Shown here: one piece after another, positions 12,563 to 23,651 of the stretch
How positions within the stretch are numbered: position 1 is the stretch's first letter
Layout: each line of letters opens with the position of its first letter
Source of the DNA: Vicugna vicugna
Lineage: Eukaryota
Assembly: GCA_013265495.1 (NCBI GenBank)
Contig: MU061578.1
Coordinates: forward strand, 1,559,308 to 1,623,307
Length of the DNA stretch: 64,000 bases
Direction of reading: 5' to 3'
Notes under the pieces: model-generated
What the model was told of the DNA's origin: nothing
Seen by the model: the letters and a program-made list of their open reading frames with translations, nothing else
Databases searched by the model: none
Translations under genes and position numbers: made by a program

Positions 12563-13075
12563 GTAGGGGAGGAAAAACACTTTCCCCTCTACCTTTCTAG
12601 GTTCCCGGCTGAGCCCCTCCTGTCACAAAGACAGCTTAACAAGAGGAAAACAGACATTTAATGATTGTATGCCTCCTGTACACACAGACGATACCCAGGA
12701 GAACTGAGAAGCTCCCAGACGGGGCTCAGACACCACCTTGGGTACCATCTCCAGCTGAAGGTAAAAGAAGATGCAGGTGTGTGGAGGCCAGTCACAGGAG
12801 AAGTACCAGGAAAGACACCGTCAACAAGGGTAGAGTCGTGATCCAGATTTAAGTCACGGCCTTCTCCGTCGGTGAGAGTTTCTAGAGATTTAGAGTCACT
12901 CTTCTCTATAAATGGAGATTTTTTTCCTATCAAGGTCTGTTTCCCTCACAAAAGGGTGACTTCTACTGTTTTCAGAGATTCTCCTACAGCTGCAGTTTCT
13001 CAGAAATAACCACTCCCCAATAATCCTTCCTGCCCAAGAAGCACATTTTGAGATGCATAACCTGTTCCCCTTCCA
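12563..13075 (-). mobile_element. ERV1 solo LTR, MER34-like
   Basis: gtagggggaggaaaaac... is the reverse complement of the LTR 3' end seen at about 23600-23651. Minus-strand ATTAAA at 12657-12662. Confidence 0.7.
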
Positions 13076-14329
13076 TTGTAAGTGGTTTCCTTTTCAACAG
13101 CAATTTTTCTGATAGTTTGGACACATGTTTTCTATTGTTCTGAGCATCACAATCTCCTCAAGTTTAAAAGAAGCCAACCAATATGAGTTTAGATTGTAAG
13201 ATTTGGAACATATCGGTGATTTATTGCAATCCGAGATCTTAATTTTTTTTTTTGACCTTCACAAAGACGCAGACTTGGAAAATAACTATAAGCCATAAGA
13301 CCCCTTCATTGGCTCAATGCTTCCATTTCTGCATATGAGAAAATGGTATCATCAAAGACAGGGTAGGAGGAAGTGGCTTTGGTATTAATGATACAAGAGG
13401 GACTGAAATCCATGTGGCCTACCTGCTATGTATTTTCTGCTTTCCCCAATACCATATACTGTCCTTGAATCTGAATATTTAAATCAGTGTTCTAAATTTA
13501 ATTGCCTTATTTAAGGATAATGATTCTCCCCAACTTTTTAAGAGTTGAGTTGACTGTGCAGTCCTGCAACCAGAGTTGGTGCAGATTCAACGTCACGTAT
13601 GCCTCTTAGCTGAATTCTTCAGTCTCTGGTCACTCAACTCTAAAGACTTAAGTCTCAAATAAGGTCACCGGAATACACGAAGAATAGTATTACGTGTTCA
13701 CACTGACACTTTTTACCCACTTCATAATCTCCACGCACAAATCTGCTCAGCCCCTGCAACATCACAAGTGGCCAGCAGATGGTAGCAAATACCCATGCAA
13801 AATATCAAAAGCGCCAAGCGCTATACCAGGGCCTCGAAGTCATGGGGTCTGTAAACTTCTTGAAATATCACAATCTTTCTGCTCCCTCGGATTTTGTCTC
13901 AAACGACTTTTAATTAATAAACCATAATTACTTACTAGAAATGTGATCGTCTGAGGAGGCATTTTATTAGTATGTGTTTTAAAAGGTTCTGTAGGACAGA
14001 GGTCCCTGTTTCCAGGTACAGGATATTCTGAAAACACTAAAGTTTCAATCTAAATGTGAAGAAAGCTGAGAATTTAAGAGCCATGTATCTTGAAATGATA
14101 CAAATGGCAAAAAAGAAAAAAAAACTGTATGTAAACTCTCTTAAGATCTGAACATAAATCCATTCAACCAAGAGAGGAGTCTAGTTGGCTAGGTCAGAAT
14201 GAAACATTGTCAACTTTTTAAATGTTTGGACAAATTTTAAGGAGGGGGGAGATATTTTTCTTTGGGGAGGGGTAGTAGCAGGAAAGACCGCGAAACCATT
14301 TCCAAACTCAGCTTTTCTGTAAATAAAGA

Positions 14330-15230
14330 TAGCAGGGCATTCATTTTTGAACTTTGACTTCTTTCTTTGAGAATTACACTGTTGCGTCCCACGAATTATT
14401 TTTGTCCTCTATCTGCTACGTTTTTTGTAGCTTGGTTATCAGGGGACAAGAGCGCACTGGCGGGAGCCTGGCCACCCTGGGCAGTTGGCTCAGCACGATT
14501 AAATCTGACACGGAGGAAGGCAGCCCCCTCTCAGGTAGGAGCAATCTGTCACAGAGGTGAGCTCAAACCCAGGGTCTGTTTGCAAGTAAGAGCTACGCAT
14601 TGGCTTCACAGCAGGAGTTTAATGAGAGCGCTTTTAATTAACTGTAAAAGTAATTACCCGTATTAGATGTAAATCGCACTTGTTTTTACATGAGGTGAGT
14701 AATTCCAGTGCAGCTTTTAAGAATAATGCTTCTGGAGGAGCTGTCAGCTGCAAACTTTCTCAACAAGTCAGTTTGCTTAAAAGCAGTACGGAGGAGAAAA
14801 ATACCATCGCAGGAAGCCCCAGATTCCTCACCTGGCTTCTGTCAGCGACGCTGCTTCCCTTTCCATGTATTTCAAGACCCAGCAGATAAACACACCCCCT
14901 CTCCAGCGGCATGCTCAGAGAGGCAGCCCGACAGAGGCGGCCAAATCGGGTAAGGTTTCTGCGCTTTTCTGTTTTGTTTTTGTTTTTGTTTTTTGGCTTT
15001 TGGCTTTTGGCTTTTGGTGTTGAGCCTCCTGGACGATTCCCAGCACTTCCGCGGATGGGCTTTTGTGAATAGGAAAGGGCTTTTTGTTGGGGGAGAGGGG
15101 GGTGTGCCTTCTGTGAGCTAAGGTAGACAGTGTCCAAAGAACAAGACAGATTCCTGAGGAGGAAGCAAGTGCAGGAGCTGCTAACCCGGGCTCACAGCGA
15201 CCCCTGGCACCGTTCGCTGGTTGCCACTGG
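14330..15230 (-). promoter_or_regulatory. Putative alternative promoter / conserved non-coding block around the candidate first exon
   Basis: Free of interspersed repeats, with locally raised CpG, TAAT/TTAATTAA motifs and an E-box CAGCTG at 14745-14750. It surrounds the donor-bearing exon candidate. Confidence 0.4.
14832..14912 (-). CDS. RBFOX1: Candidate alternative first coding exon (MPLERGCVYLLGLEIHGKGSSVADRSQ), in frame with the 48-nt exon
   Basis: ATG at 14912 (ctgagcATG, A at -3), 81 nt open, then donor CAG|GTGAGG at 14832/14831 in phase 0. No polypyrimidine acceptor just upstream. Surroundings are free of interspersed repeats and contain CpGs. Confidence 0.5.
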
Positions 15231-15234
15231 ACTT

Positions 15235-15627
15235 GAAAGCCCCAGGGCGGAACCTGTTTATCTTTATCCTTTAATGGAGGTACTGGGGATTGCGTGCATG
15301 CTAGGCATGCGCTCCACCACTGAGCTACTCCCTCCCCACCCAAGTCCCAGGGCAGAACTTGTTTCTTGCTCTTTATTTATTTGTCCTTTAATGGAGGTAC
15401 TGGGGATTGAACCCAAGACCTCATGCATGCAAAGCACATGCTCTACCGCTGAGCTCTACCCTCCCCCGACTCCACCCCTCCAAAGTCCCAGAGCAGAACT
15501 TGTTTATTTATCTTTATTTATCTTGAGTGGAGGTACTGGGGATTGAATCCAAGACCTCAGGCATGCTAAGCATGCCCTGTACCACCAAGCTATACCCTCC
15601 CCACTGAAAGTACCAGGGCAGAGCCTG
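15235..15627 (-). mobile_element. Three tandem Vic-1-like (camelid tRNA-derived) SINEs separated by a repeated ~20-bp spacer
   Basis: Three units reading ggggaggg(t)a(t)agct...gcatgc...aatccccagtacctcca on the minus strand. Spacer aaag(t/c)(c/a)ccagggcagaac(t/c)tg occurs four times (about 15236, 15342, 15482, 15607). Confidence 0.9.
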
Positions 15628-16447
15628 CGATGAGGAAGATGTCTGTATCATCAGCCCCGAAAGAAAGGCTGCTCTCCCTTGGATCTATAAATAGCAAGAG
15701 AAACCAACCAAGGCTCCCCTTGAGAGGGAGCGAAGGTGAAAGCAGACTCCTTGGGTGGGGACCCTGTGAAGGGGCCATCATCCTCTGGCCTCTAGAAATC
15801 TCCCCCCTCCCCGCCTCCACGACTTAGCAAAGAGTGAGGTGGGCCCCTGAACTTCCTATTTGAACCACGGTGAAGCATAAACAGCTAGGGTAGCGTTTGC
15901 AAATACAAAATCACCGGGTAATTATTTATATTTTGATAGGCACCTTCATTAAGGGATTTGAGAAGGCAATTATCAAATTGAAGTTTAGTGCACTCCAGTT
16001 AAGCAACGGCACGGCAGGTCAGGAGATCCGGGCGCAGACAGGTGGGTTTACACCCAGCAGCTTCACAGTTAATCAGGTCCCTGCTCAAAAGACACTTAGT
16101 CTCCTGTTTGAATAGTGTAGCTGCCCTTACGATTATTTTCCTATCTACAGCCTCCTTTGGGGTTTTTGTGGCTGCTGTGTTGCTGTTAATGCTTGGTTTT
16201 GGCCTTTGCCTTAAAACAACCCCTAGAGGGGGCTAGAGCAGGAAATGTACCAGTCTGATAAGATGCCGGGAGAATTCATCTGGTTCAAGGTCAGCCGAAA
16301 GAGGAACCAGGGCTGGAACTTGCATCTCCCGCAGGGAGTTTTTATTTCTTCCTCTGAGGCCACTCATGCTTTCCCGGCGTCTCCTATATCTGATGTCCCC
16401 TAAATGGAGCTGCTTCTCCCGCACTGTCAACGTAAAAGGATTCAAAT

Positions 16448-16487
16448 AAGAAAGAAAGAAAAGAAAGAAAGAGAAAGAAAGAAAGAA

Positions 16488-16575
<88 letters not shown>

Positions 16576-16626
16576 GAAAGAAAGAAAAAAGGAAGGAAGG
16601 AAGGAAGGAAGGAAGGAAGGAAGGAA

Positions 16627-16683
<57 letters not shown>
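16448..16683 (+). repeat. Compound (GAAA)n-(GGAA)n-(GAAA)n microsatellite
   Basis: About 235 bp pure-purine tract. Confidence 0.98.
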
Positions 16684-16685
<2 letters not shown>

Positions 16686-16859
16686 GATAGCTTGGTTCTC
16701 AAATTAGTACACCAGCCTCTTGAGGGAGTGTGACACAGTGGGCACTTGGCGATATTAAGATGATGAAATAATTCAGGCCGATATTTGAGGGGAAAATGCC
16801 ACAAGGGGTTGCACGAAAATTTCATCTTCGCGTGCGGATCAGACTACGTGAGAGAGAGG

Positions 16860-17070
16860 ACTCAGGAATGAGTCGACCTTGGTTCAAATCCTGACTCTGT
16901 CACGGAAGAGCTATGCGGCTTTGCCGGGCAGCTTATCTGGGCCTCTGTCTCTGTATTTCAGAAAATGGGATTCATATCAGTTCTGATACCACGAGGCTGG
17001 CGTTAGTATTAAGTGAGATAAAATCAGTAACGACCTGTCAGGTAGTTAGGGGTCAAAACTGTTAGTTCTT
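16860..17070 (+). mobile_element. MIR SINE
   Basis: ggttcaaatcctgactctgtcac...aaaatggga...attaagtgagata. Confidence 0.7.
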
Positions 17071-17137
17071 AGAGTTGCAGTTGTAACACTTTTATTACAT
17101 GTATCTATATCCATTACATATTATTCAGCGCATCACG

Positions 17138-17640
17138 TGATGGAAATGAGCAGACTATGTCACCCCAAAGGCTGCCGCTTAAGCACACTGATTATCTTGA
17201 ATTAAAGTTACTTAAGAAACAGCCCGGGCGGGAAGGATGCTCTGCCCCTCCTTCGTTCCCCTGGGAGCAGCAAGGCCGTCTCCCACGTGAAAGGTACCCT
17301 CCCTGCCTCAGGAGGGGAGCAGGCACCCTTCTCGCAGAGACGTGGCATTTAGGGGCCAGAAGGCTGTCTACACAAACCTTGCTACTCCCTCGCTAATTGA
17401 CTACCCCCAGCCCAAACTTCTTTGTCTTGTCGATTCTTCACAAATTCATTGTGCCTTCGCCGAAAAGGTATAAAGAAGCTGCCTGCCTTGTGCACTTCTC
17501 TGAGTCTCCCATTTTTATAAGGCCCCCGTAGGTAGGAAATGAAATTTGCTTTTCTCCTGTTAATTTGTTTCATGGCAATTAATTATGAGGACGGCCAAAG
17601 AACCCAAAAGGGAAGAAAGGAAAATTCTTCCTCCCGTGCG
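17138..17640 (+). mobile_element. 5' LTR of the provirus
   Basis: Starts TG; TATA-like ggtataaa near 17468; collinear with the 3' LTR. Confidence 0.85.
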
Positions 17641-18851
17641 GCGTCGGTGCCAGCGCAGGGCTCCTCGCTGGCTGGACCCGAGGCTTTGGCTGCGGGTGCC
17701 GGGCCCTCTGATAAGTGTCGGCAGATGACAAGACTTCTGACCAAGTCGTCCTCCTGAACCCCTGCCTGCAGCATCCAGTGGGAGCAAGGATGGTAAGAGC
17801 CCTTTTCTTTCTCTAACTTTAAATTAGCAGGAGAAAATATTGGCGTGAATTGATTCCTGAGTTCTAGTGACTTCGGTAAAGATTTGTTAGGAAGACCCTT
17901 ACTTTCTGTGGATTCCTGTCTTCCCAGAGATGGTCAATGTTTTCCTTTGTCTCTGTCTTGTGTATCAGTTGTCATAAGGAGAAAAACCAGAAGGGAGAAC
18001 TCAGGCATAGGTCCTATAAGTCTGTGGTTTGAGCTGGCTTCACAGACCGGTGTAGAATTTCCAGCTCCTACTAGACCAGCATCTCTTTAGACAAAACTTG
18101 CCTTGGGTCCTCTCAGCAAAACTAGATCAGGGGTTCCTTTCATCCTGTTCTGGGTCCCCAGGGCTTGGCTTTGTGGCCAGTGGGACTATTCTGTCTGGTC
18201 TCTGCCACCCAGAAGGTGCCAGGACCAGCATCCGGTGGCCAGTCAGATAAACAGGGATGCTGAGCCACAGAGTCACAAGCAGCATTCTCCTTGTCCAGCT
18301 GGGCCAGCTCCCGGGGGGTCTGTCCTAAGGGGTCCCAGTCCCGGGGGGCCTCTGTCATCTCAGCCTCTGTTGCTTTGTTAGTGCTGGAATCATCCCAGTC
18401 CAGCAGCACCTGCCCAGTGTCGTAGATTAGCGGGTCTATAACTGGAGACATACCGTGTTCTCATGAGAGACCAGAAACACCATTTCGCTACACAGTTCTT
18501 ACCCCCGTGACAAGGAAGTTCTTTGCTTTCTTAGGCTAACTCTGGGAATGAACTTTCTGGACGCTGTAAGTGCTACATCCACTGCACCCTCCCTTGGGAT
18601 ACCGCTCAGGCCCTTGGTTTAGCCATAAAAAGGCTTACTGGTCTGAGTCACTAATGAGATGAATAGAGGATACTACCCATCAATGGCCAGCTGATGCATC
18701 CTTCGAACTGGCTATGTTTAAAAAAAAAAATGTCTTTAGTGAGCTCTCATCCTGCACAATTGTCTTTTTGGAAAGATCAAATTAAAAGGTGGACACAAAG
18801 GAGTCTAACGCTGGCCTTGGGGACTCCCTAATAAATATGAAGAAACAGACA

Positions 18852-19354
18852 TGAAATGCAGAACAAAAACTTAAGTGCACATTCAACATGCCAACTAAAG
18901 ACTGGCACTTGCTGTCCACCTCTAAAGGATCAAATCACAAGCCATTGTGGCCGCTGACCTTCAACAGACCCTGCGAGGAGTTCAGGGTGGAGACCAGGAA
19001 TGAGGCGCTCTGTGCTCTAGGGAAAAACTGGTGTGACAGGCCTTCAGATGGTTAGATATTTTTAGAAGATTTTATGAGTCCAAGTTCTTACCTCTTCTCC
19101 TATCTAGAAAAGCACTAAAACCATTAACAGTGACATCTGCTCCTCCTGACTAGCAGCAAAACCTCTGCCTAAATGTGTGTGTGACTGCACGTCCCCCACG
19201 TCACTAAAATCATACATAATACTGCCCTTCCCCCCACCCCTTTGGAGCAGTTCCTCAGAGCTGAGAGGCTGTCTCCTGGGCTACAGTCCTCATTTTGCCC
19301 CAAATAAAACTTAAGCCACAACTCTCACGTTATGCTTTTTTTTTTCAATCAACA
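18852..19354 (+). mobile_element. ERV1 solo LTR nested in the provirus
   Basis: TG...CA ends; AATAAA in ccccaaataaaactt; flanks gaca/aaca (4-bp TSD, one mismatch). Confidence 0.75.
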
Positions 19355-19691
19355 AACATAAATTTCCCTTCTTGAAGTCCAGCCCCACCTCCTCAGAAAA
19401 TTCCTTAAACTTTCGAAACTCCTTCCCCTCCCCTTCAACCCAAATCTCTTAAATACCCACCTGCCGGATTTAACTTCCCTTCCCAGGGAAGATTTACAAA
19501 GATTTATTACAAAGAGCGCTCCTGCCCGATCTCTAGCCCCAGGTTCTATAGGTTATTCATGTAAATGCTGAAAGCCAGGAAGTGAATTTAGCAGAAGCAT
19601 CCAAGGTGGACAGGGAGGCTCATGTTACTGGGCTCTACAATCAGGCTCTACCAGCTGCAGGCCTTCCCTCTGCGATGTTCTTGTGTGGATG

Positions 19692-20194
19692 TGAGACAGG
19701 AGGGAAGGGAACAGGGCACAACCATTAAAAGAATGACACTGCAATTGAGGATATGACGTAAACTGGTTAGAACCAACTCAGCCCAAGATGGTGGAAGACT
19801 GGACTTCCAGTAGACCTTGAGCCTCACGGCACACCTGCAGATGCCACGATGGTTCCCAGGCTGACTGTAAAAGGCCGAGAAGTGGGTAGAGGCCCAATTC
19901 CTGAAAATTCTCGCCCCTTCCCCAGCATAGTTGGAATAATCCTCCCACTCATTAGCGAAATTACTCGGCCCATAAATACTAACCACCCCCACACCTCATG
20001 GCCATTTGTCCCTTTGAGGGCGATGGATGGCATCCTGCCTTTGTATCTCCTACGGCCACCTCTCTGACCTTCCGGGGCAGCCTGCAATCTGTCTATGGAG
20101 TGAGTTATCTCCCTGAATAAATCTACTTTCATGTTAGCTTGGCTCGCTCTTGAATTCTTACCTTCAGGAGACAAGCACCAATTCTCTGGCAAGA
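19692..20194 (+). mobile_element. Second nested ERV1 solo LTR, from a different family
   Basis: tgagacaggaggg start; cataaa TATA-like site and ctgaataaatc poly(A) signal; exact 4-bp TSD gatg (19688-19691 / 20195-20198). Confidence 0.8.
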
Positions 20195-20355
20195 GATGTA
20201 TCCTAGACCCCCACCCAAAGAATTCATGTTCCCTGGACAGCAGGATCCTACCGAATTTAAGGAGAAACTAGAAAGGTGAGTAGCTTTTTATAGCCCCCCT
20301 CGCAGACGAAACGGATGGCCAGAAATCCTCCCAGGTCCTCCTGGAGGACCAGGAA

Positions 20356-20600
20356 ATGACTCAGATGGAAGCTGATACTCAGGGGCTGATAGGAACATCA
20401 GCAGAGGATCTCCCCTCGAAGGTGAATTGGTCTAAGGTTAAATTGTGCAATCAGAGAGAAGAGCATCTGAGAGCCTTTGTTATCCAGACCGTTCAAAGGC
20501 ATACTGCACTAAACCCTGGAGCTCCGGAGCGTGGAGATCTTTTAATTTCTGCCTTAGCAGGAAACTTTCTCCTCGACATAAAAAGGCAAAATTGAAAACA
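20356..20600 (+). pseudogene. gag: Retroviral gag capsid (major homology region / C-terminal domain) remnant
   Basis: VNWSKVKLCNQREE...RAF...HTALNPGAPE...LLISA...DIKRQ resembles gammaretroviral capsid (..KV...Q...E.P.AF.ERL...YT..DPE......S......PDI.RKL). Confidence 0.6.
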
Positions 20601-23160
20601 GTGTGGTTGAGTGGGCTAGGCAAACTCTAAGCATTATAATGGAAGCAGCTACCCGATTCTTTGACGACAGCTTCCAGGAACGCAAAAGAGTTAAACGGAA
20701 CAATTCTTGATTTGCAACAAAAGCTTAACTCTGATCTTGGAAATATTTGGGGTTTGGTTTGGTTTGGTTTTACCTTTGAAGTAATCTGCCAAGAAAGCAA
20801 AGATTTTGTGTCTTACCAAAATAATTTCCTGTGCTTCACCTTTATGATCAGGCCTTTGGTTACTTAAGTAAACCTCGTCTTTTCAATACTAAGAACTGAG
20901 TTTTCCTCAGAACTATGTAACTTGTCCTATATACCTTTGAAAATTTTTTTGTCACTTTGGTTAAATGGATAATTAAGCTTGTTTTTATAATTACCCATGA
21001 TCCTACCTAATCAAGTAGTTTTAAAACTTGTTGATATTTTTGACAAAATTCCCCAAATCAAATTCTAATCTCTTGATCTGGAAGTAACTTTGGGTTTTTT
21101 CCTGGAACAACTTAAAAGATTTCTCTCTCCTGAAAAAAAGGAAGATGTTAGACTAATTAGGCCTATCTGAAATGTTAAATTACACAGGAAGCATTGTCAA
21201 GTGAAAAGTAAGGCTAAGGGTTTTATGTTTTTATTTGTATGGGTATATAAGGACAGAAATTATATGAAATCCCTAGAAATCAGATGGCCCTGGTATAATG
21301 TTATCCCCTGAAATTCTAGTTATTATATCGAAATGTTGTGTGTCACAGAAATAACTAAATTTCCCTGTAATAAACTCTAATCAGATCTTTAACCGTCCCA
21401 TTTTTAAGCCTTTTGTCATTTACAGATGGTTATTGTTTTACTCTGATGCTGTTACAGAGGTGCTTCATCTTCGAGAAGATTCAAGGAAAGGATTCTATCA
21501 CGTGCAGGTTTCGGATAACTTTCAAGGCACACCGCTGAGCTGAGTAAGAAGCTGCCGAATGCTGATGAAAACAAACACAAAACAAAGACTGATGGCTTCA
21601 CATAACTGCTAACAAAAGATCAAGAAGGTCGACAAGAATTAATCACACGGGACTAAAGTAACTGATGAGGATGTTTCTAATTTTTATGACTTTTTTTGCC
21701 TGCAACAGTGTTGGTTCTTTTTTGTCTTGCTTTTCCAAATTTAAGGAAACTTCTTTTTTCTACTTTCTCTTAAGCTATTGACAATTTAGTAAAAATGTAT
21801 CTTTGGGAATCAAGATGAAACATTTATCTTGTCCTCCTTACTTAATCCCTCTAGAATTCAGAAACTCTTAGCGAGTATTGTGATTTTCATGGCAACAGAG
21901 TTACATGTGTGAGCTCAGTAAGAATCTCTTCTCCTCATGACAGAACTCAATTGGAAGCACTGGTTATATTACCACGGCTTCGGACTGGGATCTCATATTA
22001 GGGAAGGATACACACAGACCAGACAGCTTTAAGGAACTAAGGTTGATTTTTATGGAGCCAATAATGCCCCACCTTTTGAAAAACAGCCTAGCATGTTGCT
22101 TACAAGAGTCCACAGAGCCTTATCAGGTGAGTAAGAAAGATCACTTCCGGGCAGGCTCAAGAACCTCAGGAAATCTGGGGGAACCTCTAGAAAAGAGAAA
22201 TTAATTCACATTTATACGTATTGCAGGTAAAGTCTGATGGCAAATCTGTGGGCAAGTTCTTGACTTGGCTTCCTAGCCTCAAGAGATTTGTACGAGTCCA
22301 ATCTGAGATTTCTTATGAAAAGTTACAGCAAAGGAGATTAAAATTTAAAAAAAAAATCTATATAGTCAACTGCTATTCTTGCTGCACTTCTATAAATAAC
22401 CAAGCGAAGCCTATTGAAACCAGACAAACGAGTCTTACTAAGGTTATCTTTGACAGAAACGGGGTAATTGTGGTGGGGGATTTTGCCTCAGGGATATACC
22501 TTTATGGATGTCAGATTCTAGAGCTGTTAATTACCTTTGAGGTTTTGTTTCCTACCTGTAAACAAACTGGATCCTGAACCCTTTTCCTTCAATATCTGGC
22601 TACAACCCTCCAAACTACTGTTTCCAATTTTCTCCCACCTTTCTGACTTGAAATCATTGAGAACTGAAGCTACCCTTTTACCCAGGTCCTGCAAGCTAAA
22701 GCTGGACAACTTGATAGAAACTTCAGAGAAGTCACCACGACAGCCCATGTAGAGACGACCTTTGTGCCTGCCGCTGTGTGGGCCACTCAGAAAGACCACC
22801 GGAGACCTTCAAATTGCAAACCAGGAAAATGTGTCAAGATTGCCACTGGCTGCCCTCACTTCAAATGAAATTGCCTGGAGCCTGACATCTCGATATCCTC
22901 TCAACTGGCCGCCCTCAGAATCTACAAACTCCAATCATTAACCACTGTCTTCCTTTTCTTCCCATAGAAATGCCTCTTACTAAATATCTGGTAGCTAGAG
23001 CAGCAGAGGTGTAACCTTGAGAGCCCACCTCCTGTCTCACTGCCTCCTGAAATGAGCTTAAGGAAGCTGACCTATTGTCAAGGATCAGAGACGGGTTCAG
23101 TGAGATGGAGCAAGTCCGCTGCTGAACTGCAAAACTTCTTGGAAGTTTCAACAGTAGGAC

Positions 23161-23651
23161 TGAAGGAGAGCAGGATATATCACCCCCAAATACGCCACTC
23201 TGGTACACTGATTGTTTTGAATTAAAGTTACTTAAGAAACAGCCAGTGCAAGAAGGACACTACAACTTTCCCTTGTGCCCCTGAACCCAGGAAATAAATC
23301 TCCCTTGTGAAAAGTGCCCTTCCTGTGCCAGGAGGAATGTGGTATCTTCGCCACCAGAGATGGGGACTCTGGGGCTGAGAAGGCTACATAAACAAACCTT
23401 GTTCTTTCCTCACTAACTGACTACCTCAAGCCCAAACTCCTTTGTCAGTTCTTCACAAATTCACTGTTTATTTGTTTAGAAGGTATAAAAGCTGCCTGCT
23501 TTGGTCATTTCTTTGAGTCATATTTTTAATGAGCTCCTGTACGTATGAGTTAAACTTGCTTTTCTCCTGTTGATCTGTCTTATGTCGATTTAATTATTAG
23601 GCAAGCCAAAGATCCTAGAAGGGAGGAAGGGGCAAGTTTTCCTCTCCTACC
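23161..23651 (+). mobile_element. 3' LTR of the provirus
   Basis: tgaaggagagcaggatatatcacccccaaa start; collinear with the 5' LTR; ends cctctcctac. Confidence 0.85.

Larger units (their letters stand above)
17138..23651 (+). mobile_element. Decayed ERV1-class provirus (MER34/MER4-group-like) with both LTRs
   Basis: Homologous LTRs at 17138-~17640 and 23161-~23651 share the block ttgaattaaagttacttaagaaacagcc and further motifs. Internal region has a gag remnant and AT-rich non-coding sequence; no intact ORFs. Confidence 0.85.

Noticed and set aside
15235..15627. Repeat-spacer pattern resembling a CRISPR array or tRNA cluster
   Set aside because: Mammalian DNA. The intervening units are homologous SINEs rather than unique spacers, there are no cas genes, and the units have AT-rich tails and do not look like intact tRNAs.
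16404..16825. KERK-rich and FLSF-rich ORFs
   Set aside because: Translations of the (GAAA)n microsatellite.
22221..23160. Possible env or captured retroviral gene (HEMO-like, given the MER34-type LTRs)
   Set aside because: Only short ORFs (under 120 aa). No signal peptide, CXXC, furin site, immunosuppressive domain or transmembrane segment visible.
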